The notes below the pieces were generated by a model. The model saw only the letters and a program-made list of their open reading frames with translations, searched no databases and was not told the origin of the DNA. From NCBI GenBank assembly GCA_902776305.1, contig CACYPS010000036.1:15051-79050 (forward strand): 64,000 nt of DNA, in the 5' to 3' direction. Below are positions 9,467-18,609 of the stretch, in pieces. Positions within the stretch are counted from its first letter, which is position 1. Every line of letters begins with the position of its first letter. The position numbers and the translations under genes are program-made. The stretch is from an uncultured Lachnospiraceae bacterium (GTDB lineage Bacteria > Bacillota > Clostridia > Lachnospirales > Lachnospiraceae).

Positions 9467-10594
9467 ATGAAGAACAGACTCGCAGCCATCATCATCGCAA
9501 CATCACTCGTACTTGGACTCGGAGCAGGTGTCGGCGGAGCTTTCATATATAATAATACAAAGAATGTAAAGACAACGGAAGTCACAGCGACTGTTGAAAA
9601 TGCAGCAGACACCAAAGCCGAAGAGACGAAGGCAGAGACTGTAACAGCTGCACCGAAGCAGGACACACAGAAAGCTTCCGACCAGAACGCAGCAGCAAAG
9701 AAAGCAGCTGAGGAAAAGGCCGCTAAGGAAGCAGCTCAGAAGAAGGAAGCCGAGAAGAAGGCAGCCAAGAGAGCAGCTGAGAGAAAGGCTGAGCAGGAGA
9801 AGGCAGCTAAGAAAGCCGCTGAAGAAAAGGCAGCTAAGAAAGCAGCCGAGAAGAAAGCCGCTGAAGAGCAGGCAGCTAAGAAAGCAGCTGAGAAGAAAGC
9901 CGCTGAAGAGAAGGCAGCTAAGAAGGCAGCTGAGAAGAAAGCCGCTGAAGAGCAGGCAGCTAAGAAGGCAGCTGAGAAGAAGGCAGCCGAGGAGAAGGCA
10001 GCTAAGGAAGCAGCCGAGAAGAAAGCCGCTGAAGAGCAGGCAGCAAGAAAAGCAGCTGAGAAGAAAGCCGCTGAAGAGCAGGCAGCAAGAGAAGCAGCTG
10101 AGAAGAAAGCCGCTGAAGAGCAGGCAGCAAGAGAGGCAGCTGAGAAGAAAGCAGCCGAGGAGCAGGCAGCAAGAGATGCTGAAGCTGAGAAGAACACAGT
10201 ATCCCGCAAGACAGTCGAGGGTATGGTAACAGATGTAAATGGCAACTCCATCAGCGTGAGAATCGAGGGCGGAAACGCAACATTTGACATCAGCAAAGCA
10301 ACAGTCAACGGAACACCGAAGGTTGGCGACAACGTCTCCGTAACATACAACACAGACGGAACAGACATCATCTCTGTAATCTCTGTAACAGTCACATCTT
10401 CCGAAGCTGATAGAGAAGCAAACGTAGAAGAGTGGTATGGCAACGGCGAGCAGGCTGAGGAGCAGCCGGCAGTCGTTGAAGAGCAGGAAGCTCCTGCAGT
10501 AGAAGAGCAGGTCGTAGAGAGCGCTGCCGAAGAGCAGGAGAACGTCGAGCCGGTCGCTGCTGAAGAGTGCTACGATGAAGTAGAAGAGGCATAA
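9467..10594 (+). CDS. Membrane-anchored Ala/Lys/Glu-repeat (TolA-like) rod protein with one small beta (OB/DUF5666-like) domain
   Basis: MKNRLAAIIIA hydrophobic leader, long [10 protein letters not shown] repeats, [20 protein letters not shown] domain, acidic tail. RBS favours ATG 9467 over 9200. Confidence 0.75.
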   Translation: MKNRLAAIIIATSLVLGLGAGVGGAFIYNNTKNVKTTEVTATVENAADTKAEETKAETVTAAPKQDTQKASDQNAAAKKAAEEKAAKEAAQKKEAEKKAAKRAAERKAEQEKAAKKAAEEKAAKKAAEKKAAEEQAAKKAAEKKAAEEKAAKKAAEKKAAEEQAAKKAAEKKAAEEKAAKEAAEKKAAEEQAARKAAEKKAAEEQAAREAAEKKAAEEQAAREAAEKKAAEEQAARDAEAEKNTVSRKTVEGMVTDVNGNSISVRIEGGNATFDISKATVNGTPKVGDNVSVTYNTDGTDIISVISVTVTSSEADREANVEEWYGNGEQAEEQPAVVEEQEAPAVEEQVVESAAEEQENVEPVAAEECYDEVEEA

Positions 10595-10633
10595 TAAACT
10601 CGGATCTTCCAAAAAACATATAAAGATAACAGC

Positions 10634-10667
10634 ACAGCCGTGCCGGGAAACCGGTGCGGCTGTTTTT
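10634..10667 (+). terminator. Intrinsic terminator
   Basis: ACAGCCGTGCCGG-GAAA-CCGGTGCGGCTGT followed by a T-run. Confidence 0.85.
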
Positions 10668-10904
10668 ATCGTATAGGAAATTACACGAATTTCCTGTACG
10701 ACAAAAGCCTCAGCTACACAATGCTCCACTGGAGCATTGTTACGCATGCTTAGGCACGGCAGGATGAGCAGAAGATTTACATCTCCAAGCATCTGGATGA
10801 GCTTCGCGAGAAGGCCCTCAAAATTAGACTTTGCCAGAGTAAACCTGCGGCTCAAAGTCTAATTAAATTTGGTAAATAAACTGCCTGTAATTCTTTCATA
10901 TATT

Positions 10905-10946
10905 ATTAGCCCTCCCCCATGGTATCTCCGTATTAATAGATGTAAG
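10905..10946 (+). promoter_or_regulatory. Conserved 42-bp upstream element, copy 2
   Basis: ATTAGCCCTCCCCCATGGTATCTCCGTATTAATAGATGTAAG, paralogous to 9391-9432. Confidence 0.55.
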
Positions 10947-11011
10947 GCGAAAAGCAAAACAAAAGGAAATCATTCACAAGACCTTTTACATATAGAAGAG
11001 GAGAAAATACC

Positions 11012-12676
11012 ATGAAGAACAAAGTTGTAGCAATGATCATCGCAGCATCAATGGTAGTAGGACTTGGCGCTGGCGTAGGCGGCGCATGCATATATACAAA
11101 CATCAAAAACGCACAGACAACAGAGATTACTGCAACTGTCGAGAACGCTTCTCCGGAAACAGTAACATCTGACAGCAAAGAGGATAAGAAGGCTGACACT
11201 GTAACAGCGAAGCCGATCCAGAATACACAGAAAGCTTCCGACGCTAAGAAGGCAGCCGAGGAAAAGGCAGCTAAGGAAGCCGCTGAGAAGAAGGCAGCTG
11301 AGAAGAAAGCAGCCGAGAAGAAAGCCGCTGAGAAGAAGGCAGCCGAGAAGAAAGCAGCCGAGAAGAAAGCAGCTGAGCAGAAGACAGTCGAGAAGAAGGC
11401 AGCCGAGAAGAAGGCAGCCGAGAAGAAAGCAGCCGAGAAGAAAGCAGCCGAGGAAAAGGCAGCTAAGGAAGCAGCTCAGAAGAAGGCCGCTCAGGAGAAG
11501 GCAGCTAAGGAAGCAGCTCAGAAGAAAGCCGCCGAGGAGAAGGCAGCTAAGGAAGCAGCCGAGAAGAAAGCCGCTCAGGAAAAGGCAGCTAAGGAAGCAG
11601 CCGAGAAGAAGGCAGCTGAGGAGAAGGCAGCTAAGGAAGCAGCCGAGAAGAAGGCAGCTGAGGAGAAGGCAGCAAGAGAACGCGCAGAACAGATCAGAAT
11701 CTATCAGGATACAAAGACCGGTATGATCACATCTGTCGATGGCAACACAATCAGCGTACGCATCGAAGGCGGTAATGCAACATTTGACATCAGCAATGCG
11801 ACTGTAAACGGAGCCCTCATGGAAGGTGACAACGTCACAATCATATATGATACAGACGGAACAAATATCTCCCCGCTCTATGTATATGACAATACAACAG
11901 ATGAGGAGAGACAGGCAAACCTTGACGAGTGGAGAGGCACCGGCGAGCAGCCAGCTCAGGAAACAGTCGAAGTACAGGATGAAGAGGACATCGAGAACGA
12001 TATTGAAGCAGCTGCTGAAGAGCAGGCTCGTATCGAAGAGGAAATGAGACAGGCAGAGGCAGAGCGCGTAGCAGCAGAGCAGGCAGAAGCAGAGCGTATC
12101 GCAGCAGAGCAGGCAGAGGCAGAGCGCGTAGCAGCAGAGCAGGCAGAAGCAGAGCGCATCGCAGCAGAGCAGGCAGAGGCAGAGCGCGTAGCAGCAGAGC
12201 AGGCAGAAGCAGAGCGCATCGCAGCAGAGCAGGCAGAGGCAGAGCGCATCGCAGCAGAGCAGGCAGAGGCAGAGCGCATCGCAGCTGAAGAAGCAGAGCG
12301 TGCAGCAGCTGAAGCAGCAGAGGCAGAGCGTATCGCAGCAGAGCAGGCAGAGGCAGAGCGCATCGCAGCAGAGCAGGCAGAGGCAGAGCGTATCGCAGCA
12401 GAGCAGGCAGAGGCAGAGCGCATCGCAGCAGAGCAGGCAGAAGCAGAGCGTGCAGCAGCTGAAGAAGCAGAGCGCGCAGCAGCTGAGGCAGCAAAGGCAG
12501 AGGAAACACACTCAGTCTCCGGTACAGTAACAAGCGTATCCGATTCTTCCATCACAATCAGCACAGATAACGGTGAGAAGACACTTGATGCATCGAGCGT
12601 ATCTACAGACGGAATCTCTGAAGGCAGCTACGTAACAGTAGAGTACAGAAATGGCTCAGCCGTTTCTATCAGATAA
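11012..12676 (+). CDS. Paralogous TolA-like rod protein with two small beta domains separated by [10 protein letters not shown] repeats
   Basis: Same leader and [15 protein letters not shown] domain as the 9467 gene; 30-bp repeats at about 12050-12500; C-terminal [15 protein letters not shown] domain. Confidence 0.75.
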   Translation: MKNKVVAMIIAASMVVGLGAGVGGACIYTNIKNAQTTEITATVENASPETVTSDSKEDKKADTVTAKPIQNTQKASDAKKAAEEKAAKEAAEKKAAEKKAAEKKAAEKKAAEKKAAEKKAAEQKTVEKKAAEKKAAEKKAAEKKAAEEKAAKEAAQKKAAQEKAAKEAAQKKAAEEKAAKEAAEKKAAQEKAAKEAAEKKAAEEKAAKEAAEKKAAEEKAARERAEQIRIYQDTKTGMITSVDGNTISVRIEGGNATFDISNATVNGALMEGDNVTIIYDTDGTNISPLYVYDNTTDEERQANLDEWRGTGEQPAQETVEVQDEEDIENDIEAAAEEQARIEEEMRQAEAERVAAEQAEAERIAAEQAEAERVAAEQAEAERIAAEQAEAERVAAEQAEAERIAAEQAEAERIAAEQAEAERIAAEEAERAAAEAAEAERIAAEQAEAERIAAEQAEAERIAAEQAEAERIAAEQAEAERAAAEEAERAAAEAAKAEETHSVSGTVTSVSDSSITISTDNGEKTLDASSVSTDGISEGSYVTVEYRNGSAVSIR

Positions 12677-12687
12677 TAAGAATAAGG

Positions 12688-12721
12688 AAAATGTCGCAGC
12701 GAAGGCTGCGGCATTTTTTTT
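12688..12721 (+). terminator. Intrinsic terminator
   Basis: AAAATGTCGCAGC-GAAG-GCTGCGGCATTTT followed by more T. Confidence 0.85.
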
Positions 12722-12929
12722 GCGATAGCATCAGTTCTAAGCCAAGACTTGAACACAGCGATGGCGTATTGCAACACGATGTGCAGCAGACATCTGCAAA
12801 TAACATCTGCGCACAGGAAACTACATGTGCTATACTGTTGTAAATATGCACACTTTTGCTGCGGATGACTTTCATTTCCCACCGCAGATGACGGTACTCG
12901 GTCATCATTTTATTTCCAAGGAGGACAAC

Positions 12930-13868
12930 ATGGGGATTGTTGTAATCGGCTCGATATTCGTAGACATAAAAGGGTATCCGATGGGTGAGTTTGTCGCTAC
13001 AGGACGCAATGTCGGCAGCGTGATTATTAAGGACGGCGGTGTGAGTCGGAATGTAGCTGAGGATATTGCAAATGTTGAGCTCCGCCCCACATTTGTAAGC
13101 CTCATCGATGATAGCGGCCAGGGACAGGAGGTCCTTGCCAAGTTGAAGCGTCACAAAATTAATACAGACTACATTCGTGCAGTGCCGGAGGGAATGGGAA
13201 CGTGGCTTGCTGTATTTGACAATCAGGGCGACGTTGCCGCATCCATCTCAAGGAGACCGGATCTCTCGGAGATCGATAATATTTTGGATGAGCAGGGAGA
13301 TGAAATTTTCAAAGACGCGGACAGCATTGTTGTCGAGTTTGATATGGAGAGAGCAACGCTGAAACGCGTTTTCGAACTTGCGAAAAAATATGATAAAGAC
13401 GTATACGCTGTGGTTTCAAATATGTCGATTGCCATAGCTCGCCGCGACCTTATACGTCAAAATGCGTGTTTTGTGTGCAATCTTCAGGAGGCAGGTATCT
13501 TCTTTTCTGAAAAATACGATGACTTCAGCGTAGCACAGATGGAGGAGACCCTCGCCGAGAAGGTACGCCAGGCCAGAATACCGCGCATGGTCGTCACGAT
13601 GGGTGGAGACGGTGCAGTTTACGCCGATATTAACGGGGAATCGGGTGCGGTTCCTGCCATGCATGTGGATGTGCGGGATACGACAGGTGCAGGCGACGCG
13701 TTCTTCGCCGGCGTGACTATGGGACTGACATACGGAAAGGATCTCAGAGAATCCTGTAAGATCGGGACAAGGCTTGCGGCGTCGGTGATCGAGACGAAAG
13801 AAAATGTATGCCCCCGATTCCTTCCGGAAGAGCTGGGGCTTTCTGCACCGGCTGAAGCAGAAACGTAA
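12930..13868 (+). CDS. PfkB-family carbohydrate kinase (pseudouridine-kinase-like)
   Basis: IVVIGSIFVD, GGVSRNVAE, DTTGAGDAFFAG; AAGGAGG RBS before ATG 12930. Confidence 0.88.
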   Translation: MGIVVIGSIFVDIKGYPMGEFVATGRNVGSVIIKDGGVSRNVAEDIANVELRPTFVSLIDDSGQGQEVLAKLKRHKINTDYIRAVPEGMGTWLAVFDNQGDVAASISRRPDLSEIDNILDEQGDEIFKDADSIVVEFDMERATLKRVFELAKKYDKDVYAVVSNMSIAIARRDLIRQNACFVCNLQEAGIFFSEKYDDFSVAQMEETLAEKVRQARIPRMVVTMGGDGAVYADINGESGAVPAMHVDVRDTTGAGDAFFAGVTMGLTYGKDLRESCKIGTRLAASVIETKENVCPRFLPEELGLSAPAEAET

Positions 13869-13875
13869 AAATCAG

Positions 13876-14048
13876 GAGAAGTATGCGGCAAAGAGGGGAT
13901 TTTTCGAATCGACTTGATGCGATAATGCCGTTGCTAAGACGAGAAGTCAGTGGCAGAGAAAGGGGTTCTGAATCGACTTGATGCGGTAATGCCGTTGCTA
14001 AGACGAGAAGTCAGTGGCAGAGAAAGGGGTTCCGAATCGACTTGATGC
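13876..14048. repeat. 64-bp tandem repeat, about 2.7 copies
   Basis: GAATCGACTTGATGC at 13906, 13970 and 14034. Confidence 0.9.
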
Positions 14049-14095
14049 AGAAATACCGATAAATATGGGGAGAAGCAACAAATCAAGGGGAGCAA

Positions 14096-15793
14096 ATGAA
14101 TCAATCACAAAATCGTGCCGGCCGCAAGGGGAGGACCGGCAGAAAAAAGCCGTCCGCGAAAAAACCGGCTGCAAGGAAAGCAGCCGGCAGGAGCTTCACG
14201 GGAGGCAATCGGAAAACCGCACGGACCGGAAGCAGTGCGCGGACCGGTAGAGGCGGAAGAGCAGGGAAGTCTTCCGGCGGCAGACCTGTACTTAAACTTA
14301 TTGTAGGCTTTCTGATTGTTGCGGCTTTTATAGCCGCGACCGGTTATGTCGTCTATGCGGACCGCTACGAGAGCCATTTTATTGAAGGTACGGTCATCAA
14401 TAACAATGATGTCGGCGGATTGAATCTGGAGGAGGCGAAAAATCTTCTCGCCAATTCCTCCGATTATCAGATTGAGATAGATTTTCGGGATGGGGGCAGC
14501 GAGTGGATTTCCGGTGACAGCATTTCCCTGGGATACGAATACGGGGATGGTGTTGAGCAAATGCTCGCATCCCAGGACAAGTACCACTGGATAGAAGGCG
14601 TCCTGGGTGAGACGCGCAGTTATACGATTGATAATGGCGTGCATTTTGATGAAGAACAGCTTGCATCGATCGTGAACTCTTTTCCTGAGCTTGCCGGGGA
14701 TACGCAGATTGCACCTGTCGATGCGAGGTGCGTGAGGACTGCGGAGAATGCATTTGCCATCGAACCCGAAAGTGAGGGGAATTGGATTGAGAGCAGCAGG
14801 GCATTTGCCTGTATCAGTGAGGCAATCGGGCAGCAAAAACGGCTGCTCAACCTGAGTACTGCAGGTGCTTATGAGTCGCCGGCTGTCACGGCGGATGACC
14901 CGGAGCTCAACGAGAGGGTCGCACAGCTGAACCGTTTTCTGGAGACGACGGTGACTTATGATCTGCCGGATGGCGGTCAGTGGACTGTCGGTCGGGACAC
15001 GCTGATCGAGTGGGTGTCGGCGGGTGCAGGGGGTGAAAACTCCGGGGCGGATATTACAGAGGAAGGTGATTCCGGGACGGATGGCCGGGAGATGGGCAAT
15101 TCTGAGACGGGTGATTCTGAGACGGGTGGCTCGGTGATGGATTATTACTTAGATGCTCAGGTCATTTCCGGCAAATGCGCCGAAGCCATCGCATCCCTCG
15201 CTTCCATCGTTGACGACATCCACACGAGCCGCACTTTCTGTGCGACAAGCGGCAGAACTGTTGATATTGCCAGCGGCACCTTCGGCCGGCAGATCGACCA
15301 GGCTGCGGAAGTCGAACAGCTTGCGGCGAATCTGCTCAATTTTGAGAACGCCGAGAGGGAGCCGGCTTACCTCATGAATACATATCCCGAATCGCTGAAC
15401 GGTGGTGATTATATAGAAGTGGACCTGAGCAACCAGATGGTCTATCTGTACAAGGATGGAGGGCTGTTCTACGACACGCCCTGTGTCTCGGGTCTCGCCG
15501 ACGATCCGGAGCGGGTGACGATCACCGGGCTTTTCAAGATTCAGGAGAAGGACAGGGACAGGACGCTCAAGGGGAAGCCGGACGAGAACGGGGTGCCGAC
15601 ATATGAGTCGTTTGTCAGCTACTGGATGGGATTTTCGGGTGCTTACGGGCTGCACGATGCTACATGGAGAGATGAGTTCGGCGGAGATATTTATGAATAT
15701 GCCGGGTCGCACGGATGCGTGAATCTGCCTTATTCGGCGGCGGAGGCCATATTTAATAATGTGGAGGAGGGGACACGGGTTATTGTGTTCTAA
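14096..15793 (+). CDS. L,D-transpeptidase (YkuD) with peptidoglycan-binding region and basic N-terminal tail
   Basis: YIEVDLSNQMVY, GAYGLHDATWR, GSHGCVNL (catalytic HxxxxC-type motif); one TM after an Arg/Lys-rich tail. Confidence 0.9.
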   Translation: MNQSQNRAGRKGRTGRKKPSAKKPAARKAAGRSFTGGNRKTARTGSSARTGRGGRAGKSSGGRPVLKLIVGFLIVAAFIAATGYVVYADRYESHFIEGTVINNNDVGGLNLEEAKNLLANSSDYQIEIDFRDGGSEWISGDSISLGYEYGDGVEQMLASQDKYHWIEGVLGETRSYTIDNGVHFDEEQLASIVNSFPELAGDTQIAPVDARCVRTAENAFAIEPESEGNWIESSRAFACISEAIGQQKRLLNLSTAGAYESPAVTADDPELNERVAQLNRFLETTVTYDLPDGGQWTVGRDTLIEWVSAGAGGENSGADITEEGDSGTDGREMGNSETGDSETGGSVMDYYLDAQVISGKCAEAIASLASIVDDIHTSRTFCATSGRTVDIASGTFGRQIDQAAEVEQLAANLLNFENAEREPAYLMNTYPESLNGGDYIEVDLSNQMVYLYKDGGLFYDTPCVSGLADDPERVTITGLFKIQEKDRDRTLKGKPDENGVPTYESFVSYWMGFSGAYGLHDATWRDEFGGDIYEYAGSHGCVNLPYSAAEAIFNNVEEGTRVIVF

Positions 15794-15822
15794 ATGGAGA
15801 GAATTAATGCCGGTGGCCGGGA

Positions 15823-16157
15823 TTACCGAAGTAAACGAGATTTTAAGCAATACTTCGGTAAAGTTATCTTGCCTTCATGGACCATAAGGCTCTGATTTAC
15901 CGAAGTAAACAAGTTTTTGGGCAGTACTTCGGTAATCCTATCTTGCTTTCATGGACCATAAGGCGTTGATTTACCGAAGTAAACAAGTTTTTGGGCAGTA
16001 CTTCGGTAAATCAATCTTGTACTCATGACATGCAAGCCGCCGAATTACCGAAGTAAACAAGTTTTTGAGCAGTACTTCGGTAATCCTATCTTGCTTTCAT
16101 GGACCATAAGGCGTTGATTTACCGAAGTAAACGAGATTTTTCTCGATACTTCGGTAA
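15823..16157. repeat. Palindromic-unit array C: 5 units, linker inverted relative to array A
   Basis: Left arms at 15823, 15897, 15971, 16045, 16119; period 74; 17-nt spacer. Confidence 0.95.
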
Positions 16158-16245
16158 ATGCATCAAGAAAGTCAGGCCAGGCAAGGAAAGCACAGTATTT
16201 TGCTGAGAGATAACTTACCAGCATCAGTATAAAGGAGGAGACAGT

Positions 16246-17289
16246 ATGAAGCTCGCAATTATCGGAACCGGGAAAATCGTTCACGAGGCGTTGTTTGCCT
16301 TGGAACCGGTCGACAGAGTGGAGGTCGTGGCTATATTTGCCCGTCCGCACAGCAAGGAAAAAGCCGAAGCATTGGCAGAAAAGTACGGAATCGGTGAAGT
16401 TTACACAGACTACGATGAGCTGCTGGCTAAATCCGATGCGCAAGCGGTCTACATCGGTCTTGTGAACAGCGCGCATTTCCCGTATGCGAAGAAGGCTCTG
16501 CTCGCGGGCAAGGATGTTATCCTTGAGAAGCCGCTGACCACGACGGCGGCGGAGGCGAAGGAGCTCGCGGCTCTTACGAAGGAGACAGGCAAGTATGTGC
16601 TTGAGGCAATCACCACGATGCACAGCCAGATTTTCGATTTGATGCAGGAAGAGCTGCCCAATCTGGGCAATATCCGGTCTGCTCAGCTCAATTATTCTCA
16701 GTATTCGAGCCGTTATACGGATTATCTGGCAGGCAAGGTGGCGCCGGCGTTCGATCCGGAGTGTTCCGGAGGCGCGCTCTATGATATCAACCTTTATAAT
16801 GTCTATTTTGTTGTCGGGCTGCTTGGAAGTCCGGAGACGGCAACATATTTCCCGAACAGAGGTTTCAATGGAATTGATACGTCCGGTACGGCAATCCTGA
16901 CATATCCGACTTTCAACGCGGTCTGCACCGGAGCCAAGGATTCCGACAGCCCGTGCTTCTCCATCATTCAGGGTGAGAAGGGATGGATGCGTGTAAATGG
17001 GAAGCCGAATGTCATGACCGGTCTTGATGTAGAGGTAGTGGATGAGGAAAACCCGCGTCAGGTTCCGAGCGCATCCGGCGGCATGCAGAGGGCGGTTATC
17101 ACGAGACATCATGAGGCTGATCCGGTGCATCATCGCATGACGAGAGAGTTCGGAGATTTTGCGCGGATCATCGAGGAGCGGGATGACGAGGCGGCTGCCA
17201 AGGCTATCGCGACGTCGGTGCAGGTCATGACGGTTCTCGAGACGGCGCGGAAGGCAGCCGGGATTAGATTCGGGGTGGACACAGACTGA
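16246..17289 (+). CDS. Gfo/Idh/MocA-family oxidoreductase
   Basis: MKLAIIGTGKI, VILEKPL, GGALYDINLY. Confidence 0.9.
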   Translation: MKLAIIGTGKIVHEALFALEPVDRVEVVAIFARPHSKEKAEALAEKYGIGEVYTDYDELLAKSDAQAVYIGLVNSAHFPYAKKALLAGKDVILEKPLTTTAAEAKELAALTKETGKYVLEAITTMHSQIFDLMQEELPNLGNIRSAQLNYSQYSSRYTDYLAGKVAPAFDPECSGGALYDINLYNVYFVVGLLGSPETATYFPNRGFNGIDTSGTAILTYPTFNAVCTGAKDSDSPCFSIIQGEKGWMRVNGKPNVMTGLDVEVVDEENPRQVPSASGGMQRAVITRHHEADPVHHRMTREFGDFARIIEERDDEAAAKAIATSVQVMTVLETARKAAGIRFGVDTD

Positions 17290-17469
17290 ACTCCGGGATT
17301 ACGGAAGTGGAATATTTAGAGAAAGTAGACAAAAAACACCAAGATATTTCTGCACTTCTCCGCTCAAGTTTACAATTTTTATAGTGAGTTTCGCCCGTAA
17401 AATGATATAATAACTTCATATAGTATGAGTAAACACGCAACTATAAAAAGGAAAGGTGGATTAATCAAT

Positions 17470-18450
17470 ATGAGCACAGAAAAGAAGATTGATGTTACTG
17501 CCCTCGGCGAACTTCTGATCGACTTCACAGAAAGCGGATTGAGCCCGCAGGGCAACAAGCTCCTGGAAGTCAACCCGGGCGGAGCACCGTGCAACGTTCT
17601 CGCCATGCTGAATAAGCAGGGCCGCAAGGCTGCTTTCCTCGGCAAAGTCGGCGACGACATGTTCGGAAGAATGCTGAAAGCCAGGACCATCGAGCAGGGC
17701 ATCGACATGACAGGCCTCATGATGGATGAAGAAGTTCATACAACGCTCGCATTTGTTGAGAAACTGCCGAACGGCGACAGAGATTTCTCCTTCTACCGCA
17801 ATCCGGGCGCAGACATCATGCTCACCAAAGACGAAGTCATCGCCAACAAGGCTCTCATCGAGGATGCAAAGATCTTCCATTTCGGAACTCTTTCCATGAC
17901 ACACGAAGGCATCGAGGCAGCTACGATTGAAGCTCTTGACATTGCAAAGGCAAGCGGCGCTATCATCTCCTTCGACCCGAACCTTCGTCCGCCTCTCTGG
18001 AGCTCCGAGGAGAAAGCAAAAGAGAAGATCGCCTATGGTCTTTCCAGATGCGACGTCCTGAAGATTTCCGACAACGAGATCGAGTTCATGACCGGCGAGT
18101 CCGATCTGGACAAGGGCATCAAGATGATCATCGACGAGTATAAGATTCCGCTTGTATTTGCTACCTATGGTCCGGACGGCTCCAAGGCATACTGCAACGG
18201 CGTTGAAGCTTACGAAGCCGGTTTCCTTAATCCGGCAACGATCGAGACGACCGGCGCAGGCGATACATTCTGCGCAAGCGCTCTGCATTTCGTCCTGAAA
18301 TACGGTCTGGAAATGAACGAAGAGCAGCTCCATGAGCTTCTTGTTTTCGCAAATGCAGCCGCATCTCTCGTAACCACCAAGAAAGGCGCGCTCTGCGTAA
18401 TGCCGACTCCGGATGAAGTAGCAGCTTATATCAAGGAGAGCGGAAGGTAA
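17470..18450 (+). CDS. PfkB-family sugar kinase (fructokinase-like)
   Basis: LGELLIDF, NPGGAPCNV, FDPNLRPPLW, ETTGAGDTF. Start placed at ATG 17470. Confidence 0.88.
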   Translation: MSTEKKIDVTALGELLIDFTESGLSPQGNKLLEVNPGGAPCNVLAMLNKQGRKAAFLGKVGDDMFGRMLKARTIEQGIDMTGLMMDEEVHTTLAFVEKLPNGDRDFSFYRNPGADIMLTKDEVIANKALIEDAKIFHFGTLSMTHEGIEAATIEALDIAKASGAIISFDPNLRPPLWSSEEKAKEKIAYGLSRCDVLKISDNEIEFMTGESDLDKGIKMIIDEYKIPLVFATYGPDGSKAYCNGVEAYEAGFLNPATIETTGAGDTFCASALHFVLKYGLEMNEEQLHELLVFANAAASLVTTKKGALCVMPTPDEVAAYIKESGR

Positions 18451-18551
18451 CGAGACGTTCTGTTTCTGCATTTTCACATCTATGCAGGAATCAAAATACA
18501 CAATTAATACACGCTTTGCACACAAACCGATGCTATTTTGGTAATGTAGTG

Positions 18552-18588
18552 ATGACCCCCGGTGGATATTCCTGCCGGGGGTCATTTT
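18552..18588 (+). terminator. GC-rich hairpin followed by Ts (terminator of the kinase gene or 5' leader hairpin of the PBP gene)
   Basis: ATGACCCCCGG...CCGGGGGTCAT then TTT. Confidence 0.55.
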
Positions 18589-18609
18589 GACCAGGGAAGG
18601 AGGAAATCC

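Noticed and set aside
9503-12533. Long Cys/Leu-rich minus-strand ORFs (9503-10855, 11048-12511 and others)
   Set aside because: Reverse-complement readings of the GCA/GAG/AAG repeats in the rod genes.
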